Below, in pieces: positions 38,025-47,735 of a stretch of 64,000 nt of DNA. The stretch is from an uncultured Acidobacteriota bacterium (GTDB lineage Bacteria; Acidobacteriota; Vicinamibacteria; Vicinamibacterales; UBA8438). A model generated the notes under the pieces. The model saw only the letters and a program-made list of their open reading frames with translations, searched no databases and was not told the DNA's origin. The DNA lies in contig CAJWLU010000001.1 of the NCBI GenBank assembly GCA_913043225.1, positions 267,882-331,881 of the forward strand, given 5' to 3'. Numbering within the stretch: position 1 is the stretch's first letter; each line of letters starts with the position of its first letter. Both the position numbers and the translations under genes were made by a program.

Positions 38025-40226
38025 CTAGCGGGCCAGCGGATCTGGCCGGAGCTGGAAGTGCACGATCTTGCTCTTCGTGCCCTTGCCGCCTTCGGTGTGC
38101 CAGATATAGTTCGAACCGTAGTTGGCCCAGAGCCCACGGCCCTTCCATCCAGCGTCTGGGTCGTCGATACGACCGTCGAGACCGCGGGAGTAGAACGCCA
38201 TCGGATACGGCACCCGCAGGACCAGCCACTCGCCGGTGTCTGGGTCGAGAGCCAGCAGCGAGTCCGACGTCGACCCGTTGGCAATCGGGATGTTCTCGCC
38301 CATCCCAAGAGTGTTGTACTGATCAACCCAGCTGTAGTAGTGGAAATCGGCACCGACATTGCCTTCCACGCCACGCATCTTCGGACCCGGCATCGGGTAG
38401 AGAGTCCATCCCTCTGGGCAGTGCTGACCGGTTGCGGTCGGCCCGTTCGTCACCGCGCACTTGCTGCGGTCGAAGCTGGCCATGTGGCTGCTGCCTGAAA
38501 GAGCGGCCCAGATGATGCCGTCGCGATCCACGTCGATGCCGCGAGGCGAGAACCCGGTCTCCATCGACCCGAGGTCCCCGTTCTCGATGGATGGCGGCTG
38601 ATACATCTCGGCGATACAGGTCTCGGGCGGACTATCCCCTCGGTCAAGCCTGACAATCGCCCCTGGGAACGGTCCAGTCCTACTGATCCACGCGGCGTGG
38701 TCAGTCGGGTGCGCGATGATGCCGTAGCCGAATCCGGCCACCCGACTATCCAGTGACGGGTCTGGGTTCTCTTCCCGCGGCTCGTTCCACGGCTTGGTGA
38801 TCACACCGTCCCCGTTGGTGTCGAGCACGGTCGGGCACCAGCCCTGAGAGAATCGCTCGTCGCCAGTCTCATCGTACAGCTCCGTGTTCAGCCAGCCCAC
38901 GACGTTGCCGTCGCCGCTGAACCAGAGGGTGTGCTCCTCGTCCTCACCGAACTGCAGGTGGTGTGTTCCGTAGCAAGTGTCCACCAGCACGAACCGCTCG
39001 CGCTCCGGGTCGTAATAGGATGCGTGACGGCCGGAACGACCGACGGAGTAGTACTGGGCGTACGGATTGTCTGACCCCTCGCGGCACCAGTCGTCGTTCT
39101 GGAAGGGACGGATCGTCGAGGTCATCCAGAGACGGCCCTGGTGGTCCATCATCGGATTGTGCGGATCAGAACGCTCATTCGCACCCACACCCCAGAGCTC
39201 CTGATCGCCCCAGTAGTACGACGGCGTGATCACGTCCGGGAAACGGGTGGGCATGACCTCGGGGTCGGGACGCACCGGAATGGTAAGTTCGGTCGCCGTA
39301 TTGGCCACCGGGTCCACCATCGTGATGGTGCCGTGCCCCGCCGAGACGCCGTAGACCGGCCCGTCCCCATTGAGCCGCGGGTCGCGCTTGTCGGTGACGA
39401 TCTCATCGTGGATGAAGGACGTGTCCTGGCCCCAGTCCCACAACGTCACCACAACGTTCCGCTCTGCGCCTGCCGGCCGAGGCGGCGCCTCCGGAACCTC
39501 ACCCGCGGCGATACGGTCGGTCCAGTCCGCGAACATCTCGAGCGCAGGCTCACGCCCGAACCGATTCATAGCGTTACTCATCTGATTACCGCGCTGCCCG
39601 GTCTGGACGCGGTGGTCCCAGGCGGCTACGGTCGAGTCGAACTGGTCGCGCTCCTGCACGACACGGGTCGCCTCGTTCCCGAGCTGATGACACAGCTGGC
39701 ACCCCTGCTTCATGTTGTCCACGAAGTGCGACTGCCTGCTCATGGCAGGGTTGATGCCGTTGCCACCGTTACCGGTACCCGGGAACTCGGAGGCCGGCGG
39801 CGGCTCGAGCAGCGAATACCAGTAGTTGCCCGGATAGACCTGTGCCGCCGCCCGCGCGTCAGGCGCGATGACGGCGGTCAGCTCGACCCCTTCGGCCCCG
39901 GTAGTCAGCTGGACCTTCTCGGAGTCGACGAGCCCGTAGCCACGCACCCACACGTCGTAGGTGGCCTCCGGCATCTCGGGCAACACGAATCGTCCCCGGT
40001 CGTCGGTCACGACGATCTTGACGAACTTAGTCTCGAGCTCTTCGGTCTCGGCGATGACCCAGACCCCAGCCTCAGGCCCGTTGTCGCTGGCCACGGCCCC
40101 GGCGATTACGCCATCGGACATCGACGCGCCCTGACGAGCGGACGCGGTTGCGGTCCAAATGGCGACACCGAGCACCAGCACGAGCATCGGCACGAGCGAA
40201 TAACGCTGGCGGATTGCGGTGCGCAT
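38025..40226 (-). CDS. secreted CarboxypepD_reg-domain protein with one CxxCH heme-binding motif and a C-terminal beta-propeller-like region
   Basis: ATG at 40226 preceded by GGAGAGGA. Signal peptide MRTAIRQRYSLVPMLVLVLGVAIWTATASA. CarboxypepD_reg-like DDRGRFVLPEMPEATYDVWVRGYG. CQLCH at 39687-39701. Repeats such as GIDVDRDGIIWAALSGSSH, and DTNGDGVITKPW. Paralog at 62924-64000. Confidence 0.8.
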   Translation of the reverse strand: MRTAIRQRYSLVPMLVLVLGVAIWTATASARQGASMSDGVIAGAVASDNGPEAGVWVIAETEELETKFVKIVVTDDRGRFVLPEMPEATYDVWVRGYGLVDSEKVQLTTGAEGVELTAVIAPDARAAAQVYPGNYWYSLLEPPPASEFPGTGNGGNGINPAMSRQSHFVDNMKQGCQLCHQLGNEATRVVQERDQFDSTVAAWDHRVQTGQRGNQMSNAMNRFGREPALEMFADWTDRIAAGEVPEAPPRPAGAERNVVVTLWDWGQDTSFIHDEIVTDKRDPRLNGDGPVYGVSAGHGTITMVDPVANTATELTIPVRPDPEVMPTRFPDVITPSYYWGDQELWGVGANERSDPHNPMMDHQGRLWMTSTIRPFQNDDWCREGSDNPYAQYYSVGRSGRHASYYDPERERFVLVDTCYGTHHLQFGEDEEHTLWFSGDGNVVGWLNTELYDETGDERFSQGWCPTVLDTNGDGVITKPWNEPREENPDPSLDSRVAGFGYGIIAHPTDHAAWISRTGPFPGAIVRLDRGDSPPETCIAEMYQPPSIENGDLGSMETGFSPRGIDVDRDGIIWAALSGSSHMASFDRSKCAVTNGPTATGQHCPEGWTLYPMPGPKMRGVEGNVGADFHYYSWVDQYNTLGMGENIPIANGSTSDSLLALDPDTGEWLVLRVPYPMAFYSRGLDGRIDDPDAGWKGRGLWANYGSNYIWHTEGGKGTKSKIVHFQLRPDPLAR

Positions 40227-40456
40227 ATTCCTTATATCCTCTCCTCCGGGACGCACTTGACCCGGTCTATGGATGCGGTACCCGCGTACACTGTACCTGA
40301 GGCTCGGGAGGGGGGTCAACGCCCCGGAGCATCGTTCTAGTGCTTGGCGCGGCGGATTCTGACCTGTATGATCTTGGGCTTGTTTGCACTCTTGATGCCC
40401 GCCTTTGTCCACGGCACAGCACTGACGCCGCCCTGTAGGAACGACGAATTTCCGTC

Positions 40457-41023
40457 ATGAACCCGCAGTCCAGGAGTACACGACCGGCCCTCATGGCCCT
40501 ACTGTCCGCCCTTGCCATCTGGCTGGGCGGCGGCGCCTATGTAATGCTCGGGGCGCAGCCGGAAGCACCGGAGGAGCCGCCCAGCGCCGAGACCGAAACG
40601 GTGGCCGATGCCACCGAGCAACCGATCGCCTTCAGTCACGAGCACCACGTCACCGAGATAGGCATCGAGTGCCAGTTCTGTCACGCCTACGCACGGCGAG
40701 GACCGGTCGCCGGGATCCCGCCGGTGCAGACGTGCGCTGGCTGTCACGAGGTTGTGCTGAACGAAGAACCAGAGATCCTCAAGGTCCTCGACTACTGGGA
40801 GAACGAGGAACCGATCCCTTGGGTGCGGGTACACAACCTCCCGGACTATGTGCGGTTCTCACACAAACCCCATATCCGCGCCGGCGTGAACTGCGCCGAC
40901 TGCCATGGCGACGTGGGGTCGATGGAGGCGGCGGTGCAGGTCGAATCGCTCAGTATGGGCTGGTGCGTCACCTGTCACGAAGAGCAAGACGCCAACAAGG
41001 ATTGCCTGGTGTGCCACTACTGA
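40457..41023 (+). CDS. actA: Alternative Complex III subunit ActA (pentaheme cytochrome c)
   Basis: N-terminal membrane anchor and five CxxCH motifs (CQFCH, CAGCH, CADCH, CVTCH, CLVCH). First gene of the act cluster. Confidence 0.85.
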   Translation: MNPQSRSTRPALMALLSALAIWLGGGAYVMLGAQPEAPEEPPSAETETVADATEQPIAFSHEHHVTEIGIECQFCHAYARRGPVAGIPPVQTCAGCHEVVLNEEPEILKVLDYWENEEPIPWVRVHNLPDYVRFSHKPHIRAGVNCADCHGDVGSMEAAVQVESLSMGWCVTCHEEQDANKDCLVCHY

Positions 41024-41066
41024 CCTGTCGACCGACCGGTTGGGTGCACGACATCAGGATGCGCGG

Positions 41067-44000
41067 ATGGGCCGCGCGGGGAAGGACTCCTTGAACAAGG
41101 GCAACGACAGTCTGATCGAGGTCGTCGAACGGCGGACGTTCCTAAAGGTCCTTGGCAGTGCCGGACCAGCCGCGGCGGTAGCGGCCTGCTCGCCGGTCCC
41201 GCCCGAAAAGATCATCCCCATGGTGGTGCCGCCCGAGGACGTCATCCCCGGGATCGCGACCTGGTACGCCTCGGTCTGCGGCGAGTGCCCGTCGGGGTGC
41301 GGGATCCAGGTGCGGACCCGGGAGGGTCGCGCGGTCAAGATCGAGGGCAACCCCGAGCACCCCGTCAATCAGGGTGGTCTGTGCATCCGGGGCCAGTCGT
41401 CGCTGCAAGGACACTACAACCCCGACCGGATTGCGGGACCGCAGGCGCGCCGGGTGACCAACGAGGCGGCGGGTCAGAGCGTCCTGGAGCCGACAACCTG
41501 GGAAGAGGGGCAGCAGGCGCTCGTCGATCGTCTGCAGGCGCTCCGGGACGCCGGTCAGGGAGATCGGGTGGCGCTCATCACCCCACCCCTCACCGGCACG
41601 ATGGCCTCGCTGCTCGACACCTGGGCCTCGGTGGCTGGCGGCGTCCGCTGGGTGCAGTACGAACCGTTCGGCTACGAGGCGGTCCGCGACGCGCATCAGC
41701 GGCTGTTCGGTCGTGCGGAACTCCCCCACTACGATTTCAGCCGTCCGGACCTGGTCATCTCCTTCGGCACTGATTTCCTGGAGACCTTCGGTTCGCCGGT
41801 GGGCTACGCCAAGGCGCACGCCAACCGCCGCCGGCTCGACGGCGGCGACGCGGCGCGGTTCGTCCAGATCGAGTCGCGGTTCTCGATGACCGGCTCGAAC
41901 GCCGACGCCTGGCATGCGGTCACGCCCGGCACCGAGGGGCTGATCGCCGCCGCGATGGTGCAGACGATACTGGCCGAAGACCGCGCCCAGGGCATCGCCC
42001 CAGAGGCACTGACGCAGATCGGCGATCTCGTCGCCGAGACCACGCCGGAAAGCGCGGCCGCCGCCAGCGGTCTGTCGGCCGACACCATTCGCGAGCTCGC
42101 GCGCGAGTTCTCGGATTCGGCCACCGGCGCCGGACGCAGCCTCGCGGTTGGCGGCGGCGTCGGCGCCTCGGGCGAGACCGGTGCGGACGGACAACTGGCC
42201 ATCACCTTGCTGAACTACGTGGCGGGCAACATCGGGGAAACGGTCGACTTCGACCGCGCCTCCACGCTGGGTTCGTCGACCTACGCCGACATGGTCGAGC
42301 TGGGCGACGCGATGCGATCGGGCGACATCGAGCTGGCCATCGTCGTCAACACCAACCCCGTGTTCGCGATGCCGGCCGCAGCCGACTTCGGCGGCGCCCT
42401 GGCGGCGGTGCCCTACGTGGTCAGCCTGTCGACGCTGCCCGACGAAACGTCGGCGCTCGCGGATCTACTGCTGCCGACCCATAGCTCGCTGGAGTCCTGG
42501 GGCGACAGCCACCCACGCCAGGGCGTCTGGGGACTGATGCAGCCGGTGATGCAACCGGTGTTCGACACCCGGCCGCTTGGCGATCTGCTGCTCGACGTGG
42601 GTCGAGCGCTCGGTCCGCTCGACGCCGAGGACGAAAACGCGCCGGCGTTGCCGGCACGGGGCGACTTCTACCGGTATCTGCGGGACGCGTGGGAAGCCCG
42701 TATGCCGGTACCGGAGTCGGACCCCGACGACGAAGAAGCCGAGGCAGAGGCGCCCGACTTCGAGGAATACTGGGAAGCGGCGCTCCGTCGCGGCGGCGTT
42801 ACGACGCCGGTCGCCTCGAACCCGGTCGAGCTCGACCCGACCCTCTTCGAGACGCCACTTTCGGGCCTGTCTCCCGAGTCCACCTCTCGCGCCTTGCGTC
42901 TGGTGGCGTACCCGTCCCTCCACTTCTTTGACGGACGTGGCGCCAACAGGCCCTGGCTACAGGAGATCCCTGAACCGCTGCTCAAGACCACCTGGGGCAC
43001 CGGGCTCGAGATGACCCCGGCCACCGCCGAAGGCCTCGGCGCCGACGAGGGCCAGCTGGTGTCGGTCGAGTCCGACCACGGTCAGGTCGATGCGAGCGTC
43101 ATCCTCAATCCGCATCTCGCCGACGGCGTGGTCGCCATGGCCATCGGCCAGGGCCACACCAACTTCGGCCGCTACGCCACCGACCGTGGCGTCAGTCCGA
43201 TGACGATTCTCGCCGCCGCTCCGGCGCCCGGCGGCGGACCGCGCTGGACCGGAACGGGCGTCGACGTCGCGACGCGAGACGTCGTCAGGCCGATCCCGCG
43301 GCTGCAGCGCACCTTCGACCAGGAACACCGCGAGCTGGCGCAATCGGCCTCGCAGACGGCGCTCGACGCCGGCGAGGTCCACCCGGAAGAGCACCATTTT
43401 AGCCTGTACCCCGAGCACGAGCATCCCGTGCATCACTGGGGCATGGCGATCGACCTCGATGCCTGCAACGGCTGCAACGCCTGCGTTGCCGCCTGCTACT
43501 CCGAGAACAACATCCCGGTCATGGGCGCCGATCGGATGCGCCGCGGCCGGACCATGTCGTGGCTTCGGATCGAACGCTTCGAGGAACCGCCCCTGGAAGG
43601 ATCGTCGGGGCCGGACAACCGGTTTCTCCCGATGCTCTGTCAGCAGTGCGACCACGCGCCGTGCGAAACGGTCTGCCCGGTGTATGCCACCTACCACACC
43701 GACGAAGGCTTGAACGCGCAGGTCTACAACCGCTGCGTCGGCACCCGGTACTGCGCGAACAACTGCCCCTACAAGGTGCGCCGGTTCAACTGGTTCATGC
43801 CGGAATTCGAGTCGCCGCTCAACCTCCAGCTCAACCCGGACGTGACCGGCCGCAGCGACGGCGTCATGGAGAAGTGCACGTTCTGCGTGCAGCGGATCGC
43901 CGACGGGAAGGAAGCCGCCAAGGACGAAGAACGGCCGGTCCGGGACGGCGACATCTCGCCCGCCTGTGCGCAGAGTTGCCCGGCCGAGGCGATCGTGTTC

Positions 44001-44129
44001 GGCGACATGAACGACCCGTCCAGCCGGGTGACCGAGCTCGGCAATGACAATCGCGCGTATCACGCCCTGGCCGAGTTCAACACCCGACCAGCGGTGACGT
44101 ACCTGAAGAAGGTGACCCGGGACGCATGA
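41067..44129 (+). CDS. actB: Alternative Complex III subunit ActB (fused molybdopterin-oxidoreductase-like + 4Fe-4S ferredoxin domains)
   Basis: ATG at 41067. Tat signal ERRTFLKVLGSAG. Fe-S motif CGECPSGCGIQV...GGLCIRG. C-terminal cluster motifs CNGCNACVAACYSEN, CQQCDHAPCETVCP, CVGTRYCANNCPY, CTFCVQRI and CAQSCPAEAIVFGD. Confidence 0.9.
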   Translation: MGRAGKDSLNKGNDSLIEVVERRTFLKVLGSAGPAAAVAACSPVPPEKIIPMVVPPEDVIPGIATWYASVCGECPSGCGIQVRTREGRAVKIEGNPEHPVNQGGLCIRGQSSLQGHYNPDRIAGPQARRVTNEAAGQSVLEPTTWEEGQQALVDRLQALRDAGQGDRVALITPPLTGTMASLLDTWASVAGGVRWVQYEPFGYEAVRDAHQRLFGRAELPHYDFSRPDLVISFGTDFLETFGSPVGYAKAHANRRRLDGGDAARFVQIESRFSMTGSNADAWHAVTPGTEGLIAAAMVQTILAEDRAQGIAPEALTQIGDLVAETTPESAAAASGLSADTIRELAREFSDSATGAGRSLAVGGGVGASGETGADGQLAITLLNYVAGNIGETVDFDRASTLGSSTYADMVELGDAMRSGDIELAIVVNTNPVFAMPAAADFGGALAAVPYVVSLSTLPDETSALADLLLPTHSSLESWGDSHPRQGVWGLMQPVMQPVFDTRPLGDLLLDVGRALGPLDAEDENAPALPARGDFYRYLRDAWEARMPVPESDPDDEEAEAEAPDFEEYWEAALRRGGVTTPVASNPVELDPTLFETPLSGLSPESTSRALRLVAYPSLHFFDGRGANRPWLQEIPEPLLKTTWGTGLEMTPATAEGLGADEGQLVSVESDHGQVDASVILNPHLADGVVAMAIGQGHTNFGRYATDRGVSPMTILAAAPAPGGGPRWTGTGVDVATRDVVRPIPRLQRTFDQEHRELAQSASQTALDAGEVHPEEHHFSLYPEHEHPVHHWGMAIDLDACNGCNACVAACYSENNIPVMGADRMRRGRTMSWLRIERFEEPPLEGSSGPDNRFLPMLCQQCDHAPCETVCPVYATYHTDEGLNAQVYNRCVGTRYCANNCPYKVRRFNWFMPEFESPLNLQLNPDVTGRSDGVMEKCTFCVQRIADGKEAAKDEERPVRDGDISPACAQSCPAEAIVFGDMNDPSSRVTELGNDNRAYHALAEFNTRPAVTYLKKVTRDA

Positions 44130-45445
44130 GCTTCTCGAAGATCAACGACGACATCCTGCGGACGCTGCACGCGCCAGGGCGGTGGTGGTATGTCGGGCTC
44201 CTCGCGGCGCTCTCCGCCCTGTCGTTCGGCGCCTACGCGTTCATGATCCAGGCCACGACCGGCCTGGGAGTCGCCGGTTACGAGCACCCGATCCTCTGGG
44301 GCATCTACATCACCGACTTCGTCTTCTGGGTCGGGATCGCACATTCGGGCACGCTGATCTCGGCGGTGCTGTTCCTGTTCCGGGCCAGATGGCGAACCGC
44401 GGTGGCGCGCGCATCGGAGGCGATGACCGTCTTCGCGGTGTGCACCGCGGGGCTCTTCCCGATCATCCACATCGGTCGCCCGTGGTTCTTCTACTGGCTC
44501 ATCCCGTATCCGAACGAACGTCAGCTCTGGGTCAACTTCCGGTCGCCGCTGGTGTGGGACGTCTTCGCCATCACGACGTATCTGACCGTCAGCGCGATGT
44601 TCCTGTATCTGGGCCTGATGCCGGACATCGCGGCGGCCCGAGACAAGATCAAGGACTGGCGTCGACCGATCTACAAGCTGCTGTCGTTCGGCTGGCTCGG
44701 CACGAGCAAGCAGTGGCGCCATTACACAGCGCTCTACGGGTTCTTCGCCGCGCTGGCGACGCCGCTCGTCATCTCGGTCCACAGCGTCGTCTCGTGGGAC
44801 TTCGCGGTGTCGATCCTGCCGGGCTGGCATAGCACCATCTTCGCGCCCTACTTCGTGGCCGGCGCCATCTTCTCCGGTCTCGCCATGGTGATCACCCTGC
44901 TTGTCCCCATGCGCAAGATCTTCAAGCTCGAGAGCTACATCACCGTCCATCACTTCGAGAACCTCGCGAAGCTGATGCTGACCACCTCGCTCATCGTCGG
45001 CTATGCCTACATGGTCGAGTTCTTCGTCGCGTGGTACAGCGGCAGCCGGTTCGAGCAGGGCACCTTCTACGACCGGATGTTCGGCCAGTACTGGGCCTAC
45101 AGCTGGATGATGTTCTTCTGTAACGTCATCCTGCCGCTGAGCCTGTTCTTCAAGGCGGTCCGCGGCAATCTGGCGCCCCTGTTCATCGTGTCGATCTTCG
45201 TGAACATCGGCATGTGGCTCGAACGCTACGTCATCATCGTGACCTCGCTGTCACACGACTTCGACCCGGCCAACTGGGCCGGCGTCTATCAGCCGACCTG
45301 GATCGAGGGCGCGATCACGATCGGGTCCTTCGGCATGTTCTTCACCCTGTTCCTGCTGTTCGTGAAGAACTTCCCGGCGGTCTCCATCACCGAGATGAAG
45401 GAAGCGGAAACGCTGGACCGACCGCACGAGGCCACCTCGGCCTGA
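44126..45445 (+). CDS. actC: Alternative Complex III subunit ActC (NrfD/PsrC-like quinol-interacting membrane subunit)
   Basis: 439-aa polytopic protein with ATGA overlap on the actB stop. NrfD-like N-terminus (WWYVGLLAALSALSFGAYAF...GIAHSGTLISA). Confidence 0.9.
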   Translation: MSFSKINDDILRTLHAPGRWWYVGLLAALSALSFGAYAFMIQATTGLGVAGYEHPILWGIYITDFVFWVGIAHSGTLISAVLFLFRARWRTAVARASEAMTVFAVCTAGLFPIIHIGRPWFFYWLIPYPNERQLWVNFRSPLVWDVFAITTYLTVSAMFLYLGLMPDIAAARDKIKDWRRPIYKLLSFGWLGTSKQWRHYTALYGFFAALATPLVISVHSVVSWDFAVSILPGWHSTIFAPYFVAGAIFSGLAMVITLLVPMRKIFKLESYITVHHFENLAKLMLTTSLIVGYAYMVEFFVAWYSGSRFEQGTFYDRMFGQYWAYSWMMFFCNVILPLSLFFKAVRGNLAPLFIVSIFVNIGMWLERYVIIVTSLSHDFDPANWAGVYQPTWIEGAITIGSFGMFFTLFLLFVKNFPAVSITEMKEAETLDRPHEATSA

Positions 45446-45448
45446 CGA

Positions 45449-45958
45449 GTGACCATGGCGACTGAGGCAACGGTGCTCGGCATCTTCGACGACGGCAGGC
45501 CGGCCGCGAATGCGGCCAAGGCGCTGCGTGAGGCTGGGCTCGGACAGATCACGGCCTATTCACCCGTGCCCGACCACAACGTGGAGCACGCGATGCACGA
45601 CTCGGTCAGCCCGGTCCGGACATTCGTCCTGGTCGGCGGCCTCGTCGGCTGTTTTCTGGGTTTCGCGTTCCCGATCTACACCGTCCTCGACTGGCCGATG
45701 ATCACGGGCGGCAAACCGCTCATCTCGATCCCCGCCTTCGTGGTGATCGCCTTCGAGCTGACCATCCTGATCGGCGCCATCAGCGGCATGCTGTCGTTCC
45801 TGGGCATGGCGGGGCTGCCCCGGTTGACTGGCCAACCGGCGCCAGACCCTAGCTTCACGAACGACAAGTTCGGGTTGAGCGTGGTCTGCGACGCCGGGCA
45901 GGCGGCCGCGGTGCGTGAGCAGCTCGAGCAGTATGGGGCTACCGAGATCCGGGAGTAG
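45449..45958 (+). CDS. actD: Alternative Complex III subunit ActD
   Basis: 169 aa. Soluble N-domain VLGIFDDGRPAANAAKALREAGL...YSPVP followed by two TM helices, as in ActD (DUF3341-type). Assignment is also by position in the operon. Confidence 0.8.
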   Translation: MTMATEATVLGIFDDGRPAANAAKALREAGLGQITAYSPVPDHNVEHAMHDSVSPVRTFVLVGGLVGCFLGFAFPIYTVLDWPMITGGKPLISIPAFVVIAFELTILIGAISGMLSFLGMAGLPRLTGQPAPDPSFTNDKFGLSVVCDAGQAAAVREQLEQYGATEIRE

Positions 45959-45960
45959 GC

Positions 45961-46482
45961 ATGACTGGAATGAGAGCGCTCGTCGGTCACGGACTCCGCG
46001 CGGGAATGCTCGTCGTCCTGGCGACCGCCATGGCCTCGGCGCAGCCGGCCATCATGCGAAACATGTGGGAAGGCCCGGTCGTGCTGCCCGGGACAGACCC
46101 GCGCGCCCCGGTTGAGGACACCATTGCCGTGGACGGGGTCCGTCTCCGCGACCGGATCGAATCGCAAGATCTTCCGAATCCGCTCGAGCCCACTCCTGAC
46201 GTGCTGGCGGACGGAGAGCAACTCTACGGCACCTATTGCGCGGTGTGCCACGGCCAGGCCGGCCAGGGCGATGGCCAGATCGCCAGCCATTTTCGTCGGA
46301 TGCCCGACCTGCGGCTGCCGCACATCCAAGAGAACTACACCGACGGCTGGATCTACGCCATCATCCGCGAGGGTGGCTTCAACATGCCTCCGCTCGCCTC
46401 ACAGCTCAGCCCCGAGGAACGGTGGGCGGTCGTGCTCTACGTGAAGTCGTTCGAGACCGTCCGGCCCCAGAGACGCCAATGA
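45961..46482 (+). CDS. actE: Alternative Complex III subunit ActE (monoheme cytochrome c)
   Basis: Signal/anchor N-terminus, a single CAVCH motif in GEQLYGTYCAVCHGQAGQGDG, and distal Met in GGFNMPP. Confidence 0.8.
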   Translation: MTGMRALVGHGLRAGMLVVLATAMASAQPAIMRNMWEGPVVLPGTDPRAPVEDTIAVDGVRLRDRIESQDLPNPLEPTPDVLADGEQLYGTYCAVCHGQAGQGDGQIASHFRRMPDLRLPHIQENYTDGWIYAIIREGGFNMPPLASQLSPEERWAVVLYVKSFETVRPQRRQ

Positions 46483-47723
46483 TCGCGGTCGGAACCCCCA
46501 TCGTGCCCGACGGCACACGCCGTCTCTGTCTGGGCGCCGGCCTGGTCGGCGCCTTGTCGTTCGTGGCAGGACTGTTCATCGGCGACAGCATCCGGGCCTG
46601 GCAGTCGCTGCTGGTGAATTTCCTGTTCTTCGGCGGATTGGCGCAGGCAGGCGTGGTCCTCTCGGCGATCATGCAGGTCACCTCCTCTCGTTGGGGGCGT
46701 GGTCTCAAGCGCACGGCGGAAGCCACCTCCGCGTTCTTCCCCATCTCGTTCGTGCTGCTCGTCGTGCTCCTGCTCGGCACGAGCGCGTGGATGCCCTGGG
46801 TGCACCATCCGGTCGAAGCGAAGACGCCGTGGCTCAACATCCCGTTCTTCGTGAGCCGGCAACTCGTCGGATTCTTCCTGCTCTCCGGACTGAGCGCCCT
46901 CTATGTCTACCGGTCGCTCCGGGCGGACATCGGTCAGCTCGATGAGTCGGCCGAGGTGAAGGCCACCGGCATCAGCCGACGCCTGATCGAGGGGTGGCAG
47001 GGAACCGACGCCGAGCGCGACGCCTCACAACGGTCCCAGAGCCGGCTGGCCCCCGCGATCCTGATCGCCTACGGGTGGATCTTCACCCTAGTGGGTTTCG
47101 ACTTCTTCATGTCGCTCGAACCGCACTGGTTCTCCACTCTGGCTGGCGGCTACTACTTCATCGGCAATCTCTTCATCGGGATCGCGTTCCTCAGCGTGAT
47201 CGCCGTGTGGTCGCGCGACAAGCTACAGCTGGCCCACTACATCGGCTCGCATCAGCTCCACGACATCGGGAAGCTCCTGTTCGGCTTCTGTATTCTGTGG
47301 GCATACATGTTCTGGTCGCAGTATCTCGTCATCTGGTACGGCGACCTGGCCGAAGAGACCGAGTTCATCTATCACCGCATGCACGGCGCCTGGGCGCCGG
47401 TCGCCTGGATCGTGTTCGCGATGGCGTTCGTCATCCCGTTCGTGGTGCTCCTGAGCCGGGCGGTCAAGACGAATGCCCGTGGCCTGACCATCATCGCGCT
47501 CGTGGCCTTCGTCGGGATGTGGCTCGAGCGGTTCATTCTGGTGTCACCGTCTCTCTGGCAGGGTGACGGCGTTCCCCTCGGTCTGGTCGAGTTGCTGGTC
47601 ACGGTTGGCGTCGGCGGGTTGTTCGCCTGGTGCTACCTGACCTTCCTGCAGACGTTCCCGGTAATCCCGGTGGCCGATCCCCGATTGGAACCAGCCTCCG
47701 CACATCCCAACGCTCACCATTGA
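46479..47723 (+). CDS. actF: Alternative Complex III subunit ActF (NrfD-like membrane subunit, ActC paralog)
   Basis: ATG at 46479 overlaps the actE stop (ATGA). Polytopic membrane protein. The upstream 81 codons of the tracked ORF (46236-) overlap actE and are not coding. Confidence 0.8.
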   Translation: MIAVGTPIVPDGTRRLCLGAGLVGALSFVAGLFIGDSIRAWQSLLVNFLFFGGLAQAGVVLSAIMQVTSSRWGRGLKRTAEATSAFFPISFVLLVVLLLGTSAWMPWVHHPVEAKTPWLNIPFFVSRQLVGFFLLSGLSALYVYRSLRADIGQLDESAEVKATGISRRLIEGWQGTDAERDASQRSQSRLAPAILIAYGWIFTLVGFDFFMSLEPHWFSTLAGGYYFIGNLFIGIAFLSVIAVWSRDKLQLAHYIGSHQLHDIGKLLFGFCILWAYMFWSQYLVIWYGDLAEETEFIYHRMHGAWAPVAWIVFAMAFVIPFVVLLSRAVKTNARGLTIIALVAFVGMWLERFILVSPSLWQGDGVPLGLVELLVTVGVGGLFAWCYLTFLQTFPVIPVADPRLEPASAHPNAHH

Positions 47724-47735
47724 CGGGGATCCTCG

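Noticed and set aside
40277-40297. GTAC-rich element GGTACCCGCGTACACTGTACC (contains palindrome GTACA-C-TGTAC) in the divergent spacer between the propeller gene and actA
   Set aside because: The arms are only 5 bp and no known operator consensus was recognised. It could be chance in a 230-bp spacer. Worth keeping in mind only if the motif recurs genome-wide.
42957-44063. 368-aa minus-strand ORF (and 41142-42194, 350 aa) antisense to actB
   Set aside because: Arg/Gly/Pro/Ala/His-rich low-complexity translation typical of off-frame ORFs in GC-rich DNA. The opposite strand encodes a fully recognisable ActB with Fe-S motifs.
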